Shown piece after piece: positions 8,658 to 16,358 of a DNA stretch of 24,000 bases (positions within the stretch are counted from its first letter, which is position 1; every line of letters begins with the position of its first letter). The DNA is from Metabacillus lacus (GTDB taxonomy: Bacteria > Bacillota > Bacilli > Bacillales > Bacillaceae). The translations under genes were made by a program, and so were the position numbers. The stretch is from NCBI RefSeq assembly GCF_009674805.1, contig NZ_WKKI01000028.1:22774-46773 (forward strand), given 5' to 3'. A model generated the notes under the pieces. The model was not told the DNA's origin. It worked only from the letters and a program-made list of their open reading frames with translations, and did not search any database.

Positions 8658-10367
8658 TCAGTTTTTGGCAGCAGAAGCCAGCAGCAAAAGTTCCTTTGCG
8701 TGCTTTCGGGTTAAATCCGTTACTTCTACTCCTGCGATCATCCGGCCGATTTCCCGGATTTGCTGATCTTTTTTTAGTGCTTTTACGCTGGTGGTTGTCC
8801 GGCCGTTATGTTCCTCTTTTGAGATATACAGATGTGTATCCGCCATAGCTGCAACTTGAGGGAGATGGGTGATGCACAATACTTGTGATCCAACGGCAAC
8901 CCTGTAAATTTTTTCGGCAATTGACTGTGCAACTCTTCCGCTCACACCGGTGTCCACCTCATCGAATATAATGGATGTCACACCTTGATGTTCAGAAAAA
9001 ATACTCTTCATCGCAAGCATGATTCTGGAAAGCTCACCGCCTGAAGCAGTTTTTGACAAAGGCTTCAGCGGCTCTCCCGGATTTGTAGACAAGTAAAACT
9101 CTGGTGAATCCATTCCGTCCTGTTTAAAAAAGGAGGCTTTTACCTCACCGCTCTGTTTACTTTTATCTTCAAAGTGAACTTCAAATTTCGTTTTTTCCAT
9201 GTACAATTCCTTTAATTCCCGTTCTATTTCATTCTTCAGTGAAGCTGCAGCCTTTTTCCTCACAGATGTCAGATGCTGTCCTTCTACTAACAAATCCGCT
9301 TCAACCGAGTCCAGCTCTTTTTTTAAGTTGGCAATATGGCTGTCCCTGTTTTGAATACTGTCAATTTCCTCTTCAATGGCTGCTGCGTATTCCAGAATGG
9401 CTTCGACATTGTGGCCGTATTTTCTTTTCAGCTGTGAGATTTCATTCAGCCTGCTTTCAATAATATCCAGGCGGTTAGGATCAAACTCAAGGGAATCAAG
9501 CTCGTTTCGAAGGCTGTATGACAATTCTTCAAGCATATAGTAATGGTTGGACATCGTTTCTGACATTTCTTTCAGTTTTTCATTTATGCCTGCAACATCT
9601 TCAAGGGAGCTCATTCCAAGCCCAATCCAGTCGAGCGCTTTTTGTTCACCATGCAGTGCATTATAAGCATTTTGAAGGGAGTCATATATCTTTTCGAAAT
9701 TGGCTATCTGCCGTCTTTCTTCTTCGAGCTCTGTATCCTCGCGCAGCTGTAATTCTGCTTTTTCTATTTCCTGCAGCTGAAAGGAAATTAGATCAAGCCG
9801 GTGAGCCATCTCCTGTTCATTTTCAGAAATTTGCTTTAGTTTTTTATTCAATTGAGTATATTGCTTATAAATTTCCTGATAATTTTGAAGTGCAGAAAAT
9901 ACCTCGGCCGCTCCATACTGATCAAGAAGCTCCAGATGATTTTCTTCATTCATCAGCTCCTGGTTATCATGCTGGCCGTGTATGTCAACAAGAAGCCGGC
10001 CGATCTCCCTAAGTATAGCCAGAGTTACCAATTTGCCATTTACCCGGCAGATGCTTTTACCCGAACTGGATATATCCCTTCTTAATACGACCATTCCATC
10101 CCCGGCTTCAATCCCCAGTTCTTCACATTTCTTAAAACACGGGTGGCCGTCTTCTTCGAGGAGGAACAAACCTTCCAGTTCAGCGCGTTTTTCTCCATAT
10201 CTGACAAACTCGGAGGAGCCTCTTCCTCCTGCAAGCAGGTGTATGGCGTCTATCATAATGGATTTACCTGCTCCTGTCTCACCGGTCAGCACGGTCATTC
10301 CTTTTTCTAATGAAACAGACAGGGACTCGATGATTGCAAAGTTTTTAATGGAAAGTTCCGCTAACAA
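8658..10367 (-). CDS. recN: DNA repair protein RecN
   Basis: 569-aa ORF with SMC-like architecture. It has a Walker A motif (GETGAGKS), a long coiled-coil middle section, and a C-terminal signature/Walker B region (SGGELSRIMLA...IIFDEVDTG). Confidence 0.95.
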   Translation of the reverse strand: MLAELSIKNFAIIESLSVSLEKGMTVLTGETGAGKSIMIDAIHLLAGGRGSSEFVRYGEKRAELEGLFLLEEDGHPCFKKCEELGIEAGDGMVVLRRDISSSGKSICRVNGKLVTLAILREIGRLLVDIHGQHDNQELMNEENHLELLDQYGAAEVFSALQNYQEIYKQYTQLNKKLKQISENEQEMAHRLDLISFQLQEIEKAELQLREDTELEEERRQIANFEKIYDSLQNAYNALHGEQKALDWIGLGMSSLEDVAGINEKLKEMSETMSNHYYMLEELSYSLRNELDSLEFDPNRLDIIESRLNEISQLKRKYGHNVEAILEYAAAIEEEIDSIQNRDSHIANLKKELDSVEADLLVEGQHLTSVRKKAAASLKNEIERELKELYMEKTKFEVHFEDKSKQSGEVKASFFKQDGMDSPEFYLSTNPGEPLKPLSKTASGGELSRIMLAMKSIFSEHQGVTSIIFDEVDTGVSGRVAQSIAEKIYRVAVGSQVLCITHLPQVAAMADTHLYISKEEHNGRTTTSVKALKKDQQIREIGRMIAGVEVTDLTRKHAKELLLLASAAKN

Positions 10368-10392
10368 TCAGAATCACACCTCTACTACTTTT

Positions 10393-10842
10393 TTAAAGCA
10401 TTTCCAGAAATTTCACAGAAACTTTCGCCGTTTCCTCTGGCGTCCGGCAAATGATAAGGATGGTATCATCTCCGCAGATAGTGCCCAGTATTTCATCCCA
10501 GTCAAGGTTATCAATCAATGCTCCTATCGCGTTTGCATTGCCGGGAAGTGTTTTCATCACAAGCATATGGCCTGCTGAATCAATTTTCACAAACGCGTCC
10601 ATCAGGGATCGCTTCAGCTTGGCCAGCGGATTAAATCGCTGATCGGCAGGCAGACTGTATTTGTACCTTCCATCCATCATTGGAACCTTTACAAGATGAA
10701 GTTCTTTTATATCTCGAGATACTGTTGCCTGAGTAACATTAAAGCCGTCGCTTTTCAGAATATCTACCAGCTCGTCTTGAGTCTCAATTTCATTGCTGGT
10801 AATAATTTCTCTAATCTTTATATGTCTCTGCCCTTTATTCAT
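10393..10842 (-). CDS. argR: Arginine repressor
   Basis: 149-aa ORF. It has a winged-helix N-terminus ([28 protein letters not shown]) and a C-terminal arginine-binding oligomerisation domain ([14 protein letters not shown]). Confidence 0.95.
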   Translation of the reverse strand: MNKGQRHIKIREIITSNEIETQDELVDILKSDGFNVTQATVSRDIKELHLVKVPMMDGRYKYSLPADQRFNPLAKLKRSLMDAFVKIDSAGHMLVMKTLPGNANAIGALIDNLDWDEILGTICGDDTILIICRTPEETAKVSVKFLEML

Positions 10843-11033
10843 GCAGCACCCCTTGTAATTTGCAAAAAAACTCTATTGCATGTTTATACCCTTTATGTTA
10901 TATGATTCATCCAAAAAAGTACATGTTTTGTTTAAGCTGTTTTTGTGATCATAAGAAAAACAGTTGTTATCATGTTCTTCTCCAAATTTTCTTATACCTT
11001 ATTGTTTACCCGTTCATTTCAACATGATTCATA

Positions 11034-11064
11034 CATAAAAAAAGGAAAGAAAGCTGCTGCTTTC
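11034..11064 (-). terminator. Rho-independent terminator after tlyA
   Basis: The minus strand reads GAAAGC-agca-GCTTTC, a 6-bp stem that overlaps the TGA stop. It is followed by TTTCCTTTTTTT. Confidence 0.65.
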
Positions 11065-11911
11065 ATTCCCCTGTTTCTTCTTTATTTTTTTCTTTCAGTT
11101 CTGCATGTGCTGCATCCACTACTTCAGGAATCGATGCGGGCAAATGCACTCCGCCGGTTGTTCCTTCACTCTTTGACAACAGGTGAAGAAGAAATTCAAT
11201 ATTTCCGTCTCCTCCTGTTATTGGTGAAAAGGATAGGTCTACACAGTCATATCCTGCTTCAGAAGCAAAAGAAACAATGTTTTGCAGAACTGAAATATGA
11301 ACAGATTTTTCCCTTACAATCCCTTTTTTCCCAACCTGATTTTTTCCGGCTTCAAACTGCGGTTTTACAAGGGCGATAACATCCCCCCCGGGAATCAGGA
11401 TATTTTTGAGCGCCGGCAGGATAAGCTTTAAGGAAATAAAAGAAACATCAATTGTTGCAAACTCCGGCATTCCTTGCTGAAAGTCAGCAGGAGAAGCGTA
11501 TCTGAAATTTGTTCTCTCCATGACTGTTACCCGCTCATCCTGCCTAAGCTTCCATGCAAGCTGATTATAACCTACGTCTACAGCATAAGATCTTTTGGCA
11601 CCATTTTGCAGGGCGCAATCTGTGAAACCGCCTGTGGAGGAACCAATGTCCAAAAGAATTTTGTCCTGAATATCAACTTTAAACTCCTTGAGAGCTTTTT
11701 CAAGCTTCAGCCCTCCCCGGCTTACATAAGGAAGGACTTTGCCTTTAACATTCAGGTTGATATCTCGTGCAACCTTTTCACCTGGTTTATCCAGCCTGTC
11801 TTCTTCCGAGTAAACAATACCAGCCATAATCGCCCTTTTTGCTTTTTCCCTCGTTTCAAACAGGCCGCGCTCAACCAGCAGTACATCTATTCTTTCTTTA
11901 TTAGAGGCCAT
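11063..11911 (-). CDS. tlyA: TlyA-family rRNA 2'-O-methyltransferase (YqxC)
   Basis: 282-aa ORF with an N-terminal S4 RNA-binding domain (RIDVLLVERGLFETREKAKRAIMAG). It also has an FtsJ-type SAM-binding motif (LLDIGSSTGGFTDCALQNGA). Confidence 0.9.
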   Translation of the reverse strand: MASNKERIDVLLVERGLFETREKAKRAIMAGIVYSEEDRLDKPGEKVARDINLNVKGKVLPYVSRGGLKLEKALKEFKVDIQDKILLDIGSSTGGFTDCALQNGAKRSYAVDVGYNQLAWKLRQDERVTVMERTNFRYASPADFQQGMPEFATIDVSFISLKLILPALKNILIPGGDVIALVKPQFEAGKNQVGKKGIVREKSVHISVLQNIVSFASEAGYDCVDLSFSPITGGDGNIEFLLHLLSKSEGTTGGVHLPASIPEVVDAAHAELKEKNKEETGE

Positions 11912-11916
11912 ATTAG

Positions 11917-13818
11917 TTAAATCCTTTTTTCTGTGATGGGTGTCATGCTGATAATTCTTTGAACAGCAGAATCCGCGGTTAAATGAATCTCCTCAAGCAG
12001 TTTCGCTACGCTTCCATGCTCTATAAATTCATCCGGTATGCCCATTCGGTCAATCACTGCGCCATAATATTTGTGCTCCTGGGCAAATTCCAGTACAGCA
12101 CTGCCAAAACCGCCCTGCAAAACCGCTTCCTCTATCGTTAGAATCGGAAGTTTTTCGGATAATATACTATGCATCATTTCATTGTCAAGCGGCTTGATGA
12201 ACCTTGCATTCACAACCCGGACGAATATTTCCTGCTCAGCAAGTTTTTCGGCAGCTTCCATAGCCATCCCGATTGTCGTGCCAAAAGTAAGAATGACTGC
12301 ATCGCTTCCTTCTCTTAACACTTCCCAGGATCCTATTGGAATTGCTTTTAAATTCTTATCCATTTCAACCCCGAGGCCGTTTCCTCTGGCAAACCTCATA
12401 GCAATTGGCCCCAAGTCATAATCAATGGCTGTTTTCACCATATGCTGCCCTTCATTTTCATCCTTAGGCATCATCAATACCATGTTTGGTATATGCCTTA
12501 AAAACGCAATGTCAAAGACACCCTGATGCGTTTCTCCATCTGCTCCAACCAGGCCGGCTCTGTCAACACCGATAAACACATTTAAATTCTGCCTGCAGAT
12601 ATCATGAACAACCTGATCATAAGCTCTTTGAAGGAAAGTCGAGTAAATCGCCAAAAACGGCTTCATATTTTGAGTTGCGAGCCCTGCTGCCATAGTAGCC
12701 GCATGCTGTTCGGCAATACCAACATCATACATCCGGTCAGGAAATTCCGATGCAAACCCTTCCAGTTTTGATCCTACAGGCATTGCCGGTGTGATCGCAA
12801 CAATTCGTTCATCCGTTTTCGCGAGCTTTCTGACAGTTTCACTGACCAGGCCGCTCCAAGAAGGGCCTTTGGTTGAAGACTTCACAAAATCGCCGGTTTC
12901 CATTTTATAAGGGCCTGTCCCATGCCATGTTCCGACAGTATCAGTTTCTGCAGGCTGATAGCCTTTGCCCTTTTTCGTAATGACATGGAGAAGCACAGGT
13001 CCTTTTGTTTTCTTGGCATAGCGGAGATTTTCCTGAAGATCTTCAAAATTATGTCCGTCTACCGGACCCAGATATGTAAAGCCTAGTTCTTCAAAGAAAA
13101 CACCTGTAACCAAAAGATATTTTAAGCTGTCTTTTACGCGCTCAGCAGTACTCGCGAGCGCACCGCCTACAGCAGGAATCTTTTTAAGCAGAAGTTCAAG
13201 CTCATCTTTTACCCAGTGATATTTACCTGCCGTTCTCAGACGGCCAAGGACGTTGTGCAAAGCGCCTACATTCGGTGCGATGGACATTTCATTGTCGTTT
13301 AAGATGACAATCATATCTTTTTTTTCGTGGCCTATATGATTTAGTGCCTCCAGAGCCATTCCGCCTGTTAACGCACCATCTCCAATAATAGGTATAACAA
13401 AGTCTTTAGTCTTTTTCAGGTCTCTTGCAATTGCCATTCCCATGCCTGCAGAGAGAGATGTTGAGCTGTGCCCTGTTTCCCATACATCGTGTTCGCTTTC
13501 ATTTCTTTTTGGAAACCCGCATAACCCTTTATGCTGACGCAAAGTATCAAATTCACAAGCACGCCCGGTAAGGATTTTGTGGACATACGATTGATGCCCG
13601 ACATCCCATATAAACTTATCATCAGGGCTGTTGAAAATCTTATGAAGAGAGATGGTCAGTTCCACCACTCCTAAATTGGGACCGATATGGCCGCCAGTGA
13701 CTGACAGCTTTTCGATTAAAAATTGCCGAATCTCAGCACTAAGCTTTTCTAGCTCATTATTCGACATTTTTTTTAAGAATTCCGGATTTTTAATCGATAA
13801 AAGATCCAATCGGATCAC
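11917..13818 (-). CDS. dxs: 1-deoxy-D-xylulose-5-phosphate synthase
   Basis: The ORF has the TPP-binding motif [15 protein letters not shown] and transketolase-like domains. The longest ORF starts at GTG 13816-13818, directly abutting the upstream stop codon. TTG at 13807-13809 gives MDLLSIKNP..., which matches the B. subtilis Dxs N-terminus as I recall it and may be the true start. Confidence 0.95.
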   Translation of the reverse strand: MIRLDLLSIKNPEFLKKMSNNELEKLSAEIRQFLIEKLSVTGGHIGPNLGVVELTISLHKIFNSPDDKFIWDVGHQSYVHKILTGRACEFDTLRQHKGLCGFPKRNESEHDVWETGHSSTSLSAGMGMAIARDLKKTKDFVIPIIGDGALTGGMALEALNHIGHEKKDMIVILNDNEMSIAPNVGALHNVLGRLRTAGKYHWVKDELELLLKKIPAVGGALASTAERVKDSLKYLLVTGVFFEELGFTYLGPVDGHNFEDLQENLRYAKKTKGPVLLHVITKKGKGYQPAETDTVGTWHGTGPYKMETGDFVKSSTKGPSWSGLVSETVRKLAKTDERIVAITPAMPVGSKLEGFASEFPDRMYDVGIAEQHAATMAAGLATQNMKPFLAIYSTFLQRAYDQVVHDICRQNLNVFIGVDRAGLVGADGETHQGVFDIAFLRHIPNMVLMMPKDENEGQHMVKTAIDYDLGPIAMRFARGNGLGVEMDKNLKAIPIGSWEVLREGSDAVILTFGTTIGMAMEAAEKLAEQEIFVRVVNARFIKPLDNEMMHSILSEKLPILTIEEAVLQGGFGSAVLEFAQEHKYYGAVIDRMGIPDEFIEHGSVAKLLEEIHLTADSAVQRIISMTPITEKRI

Positions 13819-14424
13819 TCACTTTCGACTGTTATTTCGTTTCTTTTTCTTTTTATCATTTAATAAGCTTATGTTAAACCGCTTTTCGAGCAAATAAAAC
13901 AGCTTACCGACCTGATATATTATATCAGTTGAAAATCTGATTGCAATTGACTTGCCAAAGGCCTTGCCGCCCACTGTCATAGCTGCAATCACACTTGTGA
14001 ATATCACAGATATAACGAGCTGCTGATAGGAAGCTTCCCCAAATTGAAAGCTGAATGACAACTGAACAACTACAATAGCTGAGGCTGTCCCGCTGATAAT
14101 CCCTGATATATCTCCAATAACGTCATTACAGAAACTCGCAAATCTGTCGGCATTTCTAATAATGACGATAGCCTGTTTCGCTCCATCCACTTTTTTGGAT
14201 GCCATAGCATGAAACGGCACTTCATCTGCTGCTGTTGCTGCTATACCAAGCATATCAAAGAAGACACCAATTAGTACAATAATAAATACAATTCCCATGC
14301 CGATCGCCCAGCCAACGCCGCCCAGCGTTGCAGTAGCTACAACTGAAAAAATAGCCGCTAACACAAATGTGATAACGGCAATTCCCAAACTCCAATTTAT
14401 AGAATCTCTGAATAAATCTTTCAT
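13819..14424 (-). CDS. oapA: Four-TM membrane protein, candidate OLE-associated protein A
   Basis: 201 aa, with four hydrophobic helices at roughly residues 12-33, 38-63, 102-122 and 136-156, and a Lys-rich C-terminal tail. It lies immediately downstream of the OLE-like RNA with no intervening terminator, and immediately upstream of dxs. This is the position and the size (about 21 kDa, 4 TM) described for OapA. The assignment is by context and topology, not by sequence search. Confidence 0.7.
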   Translation of the reverse strand: MKDLFRDSINWSLGIAVITFVLAAIFSVVATATLGGVGWAIGMGIVFIIVLIGVFFDMLGIAATAADEVPFHAMASKKVDGAKQAIVIIRNADRFASFCNDVIGDISGIISGTASAIVVVQLSFSFQFGEASYQQLVISVIFTSVIAAMTVGGKAFGKSIAIRFSTDIIYQVGKLFYLLEKRFNISLLNDKKKKKRNNSRK

Positions 14425-14463
14425 AAGGTTATATTCGCACCTAACTTAACAAATTATGTATGC

Positions 14464-15078
14464 GGAGTGGTCATGGATAAAGTAAAAATTACGGCTTAGG
14501 TCCAGTAGGTTTTCCCAAGCAGGTACCGAGCGTTGCCACTCTGGCGGTTTCCCTTTAAACCTCCCTTAGCATTGTCACCAGATGCTAGACTGGATTACCA
14601 CTTAGTCCGTACTATAATCCCTTATCATGCCACATTGAACAGTCTAGGAGATTTCCTCAACAGCCCTTAACCCATTCCTATCCTCTTTTGCAGAGCTGAT
14701 TTCATCCGGTATATAAAGCCGCCGCCATTGGCCATATGGCTGTTGCTGTATGGAACCGAAATCCCCTCAAACTCCACTCAAGGCAGGCTACGCTGCACTA
14801 ATCCATTTTCCTTTAGTAAGAAAAATAAATTCGATAGCAGGTTTTATACCCTTATTTTATATCAAATAAATCAAATAAAATAAGGGCCTCCGCGGAAAGA
14901 GGGTCTACGCCCACATGCCATTGTGGATCGCCCTCAAACCTTAACTCCCGGCATCAGCCCAAGGCTGGGCGCCTCAAGCCGACACAAGGAACTTCATCGA
15001 TGTGCCCTTTAGCGGATTTTTAGGCCCGCCCTCGGAACAGGTAGGCTGACTAGAATACTGCACCACTCCTGAAAATGT
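14464..15078 (-). ncRNA. ole: Large structured non-coding RNA, OLE (ornate, large, extremophilic) class; ends approximate
   Basis: The gap at 14425-15230 has no ORF of 60 aa or more on either strand, inside an otherwise tightly packed operon. By hand count G+C is about 57% over 14881-15060 and about 53% over 14521-14580, against AT-rich flanks. A dedicated promoter ends about 7 nt upstream of 15078. An 8-bp helix pairs the 5' end (GGAGUGGU, 15062-15069) with the 3' end (ACCACUCC, 14464-14471), enclosing about 600 nt, and there are many internal helices (see findings). The order ispA-RNA-membrane protein-dxs-tlyA-argR-recN matches the reported OLE locus of B. halodurans as I recall it. No covariance-model search was possible. 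Confidence 0.7.
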
Positions 15079-15084
15079 AACTTA

Positions 15085-15113
15085 ATTATAGCATATTTAT
15101 GTGGTAATCTCAA
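15085..15113 (-). promoter_or_regulatory. Sigma-A promoter driving the OLE-like RNA
   Basis: The minus strand reads TTGAGA (15108-15113), a 17-nt spacer, then TATAAT (15085-15090), a perfect -10 box. Confidence 0.65.
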
Positions 15114-15195
15114 AGTGCAGAACTTATTAGTATGCCCTTTTACAGGGAAGCGTATACAAAAAATCAACTTTTCAGCTGCAGATATATGTGCAAGC

Positions 15196-15223
15196 GCAAA
15201 AAAAGAGCATATGTTATGCCCTT
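15196..15223 (-). terminator. Rho-independent terminator or attenuator after ispA
   Basis: The minus strand reads AAGGGCAU-aacau-AUGCUCUU, 8 bp including one G-U pair that works only on the minus-strand RNA. It is followed by UUUUU and begins 8 nt after the ispA stop. Confidence 0.7.
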
Positions 15224-15230
15224 GTAATGG

Positions 15231-16115
15231 TTAATGATCTCTTTCTGCAACCAGTCGGCATAAACCCTTTAATAAGAAAGAGTCTATGTTCAGGGACTTC
15301 AGAAGATTTAAAGCTTTTTCAATGTGTTCATTGAGCTTTTCTCTTGCACCGTCCGCTGCCAGCAGAGATGGATATGTTGTTTTTTCGTTCACGCTGTCTG
15401 AGCCGACAGGTTTCCCAATTTTCTCTTCAATTCCTTCAATATCCAGCAGGTCGTCCTTAATTTGAAAGGCTATACCAATGTGAAAAGCAAATTCCCTGAG
15501 TTTTTTTATATCAGCTTCCGGCGCATCCGAGAGTATTCCCCCGGCAACTGCACTGAACTGAAGCAGGCGGGCTGTTTTATGTTCATGGATGTATTGAAGC
15601 TGTTCCAGGGTTAACGCCGCTGATTCACCTTCCATATCTGCCACCTGTCCACCGGCCATTCCTTCAGCTCCTGAAGCTTTGACAAGTTCGCTGATCAGCC
15701 TGACCTTTATTTCAGCAGGGATTCTGTTCCCAGACTCTGCAAGGAGTGCAAAGCTCTGCGTTAAAAGGCCGTCGCCTGCCAATACGGCAAGTGCCTCTCC
15801 GTACACCTTATGGTTGGTAGGCTTTCCTCTCCTTAAATCATCATCATCCATGCAGGGAAGATCATCATGGATGAGAGAATAAGTATGAATCATCTCTACC
15901 GCACATGCCGCGTCTACACCAATGCTTTCATCCTTGCCGTACGCATTCAGGACAGCAAGAAGCAGTACTGGGCGAAGTCTCTTGCCTCCTGCCTGCAAGG
16001 AATAATTCATAGAAGACTTCAGCGAAGAAGGAGCTTTCAATTCCTCGATATAAGATGGAAGCTTATCCTCAATGAGCTGTTTTCTCGTTTCTAGAAATGT
16101 TAAAAAGTCAGGCAC
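15231..16115 (-). CDS. ispA: Farnesyl diphosphate synthase
   Basis: 294-aa ORF with both aspartate-rich motifs of trans-prenyltransferases: LIHDDLPCMDDDDLRRGKPT and FQIKDDLLD. Confidence 0.95.
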   Translation of the reverse strand: MPDFLTFLETRKQLIEDKLPSYIEELKAPSSLKSSMNYSLQAGGKRLRPVLLLAVLNAYGKDESIGVDAACAVEMIHTYSLIHDDLPCMDDDDLRRGKPTNHKVYGEALAVLAGDGLLTQSFALLAESGNRIPAEIKVRLISELVKASGAEGMAGGQVADMEGESAALTLEQLQYIHEHKTARLLQFSAVAGGILSDAPEADIKKLREFAFHIGIAFQIKDDLLDIEGIEEKIGKPVGSDSVNEKTTYPSLLAADGAREKLNEHIEKALNLLKSLNIDSFLLKGLCRLVAERDH

Positions 16116-16358
16116 TTATTCTTCCTCTCCCATCATAAAGGGTTCTGTTTCACCGTCTTCCTTCAGAATGGATTCCATCCTATGTTCAACTTTTCTCAGC
16201 TTGTCGTGGCAGAGCTTGGACAAGGCCATTCCCTTTTGAAAATAGTCGATTGCTTTTTCCAGAGGCACATCCCCTTCTTCAAGCTTTCCAACGATTACAT
16301 CAAGCTGGCTCATAGCCTCTTCAAAAGACAATTCTTCCTGTTTATCTTTTTCACCCAT
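16116..16358 (-). CDS. xseB: Exodeoxyribonuclease VII small subunit
   Basis: The sequence [44 protein letters not shown] is typical of XseB. I prefer the ATG at 16356-16358 (GGAG 10 nt upstream) over the GTG at 16367. Either start overlaps the 3' end of xseA. Confidence 0.85.
   Translation of the reverse strand: MGEKDKQEELSFEEAMSQLDVIVGKLEEGDVPLEKAIDYFQKGMALSKLCHDKLRKVEHRMESILKEDGETEPFMMGEEE

Noticed and set aside
9518-10578. Long plus-strand ORFs (164 aa at 9518-10012; 198 aa at 9982-10578) antisense to recN and argR. Similar antisense ORFs lie within bkdR, dxs, xseA, spoIVB and spoIIIAH
   Set aside because: They lie entirely opposite strongly supported genes, lack SD sequences, and have Ser/Pro/Leu-rich shadow-frame composition. 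These are typical antisense artefacts.
10937-10963. An 8-bp inverted repeat, CTGTTTTT-N11-AAAAACAG, between tlyA and argR; I considered it as an attenuator or an ARG box
   Set aside because: There is no U-run after it on the minus strand, its low-complexity A/T arms are easy to obtain by chance, and I could not match it convincingly to the ARG-box consensus.
14425-15230. I considered whether the ispA-oapA gap could be a decayed gene, an IS or MITE remnant, a CRISPR array, or a riboswitch leader for oapA
   Set aside because: Stop codons are frequent in all six frames. There are no terminal inverted repeats or target duplications and no regularly spaced direct repeats. At about 600 nt with its own promoter, it is far larger than any known riboswitch leader. 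A large structured RNA explains it best.
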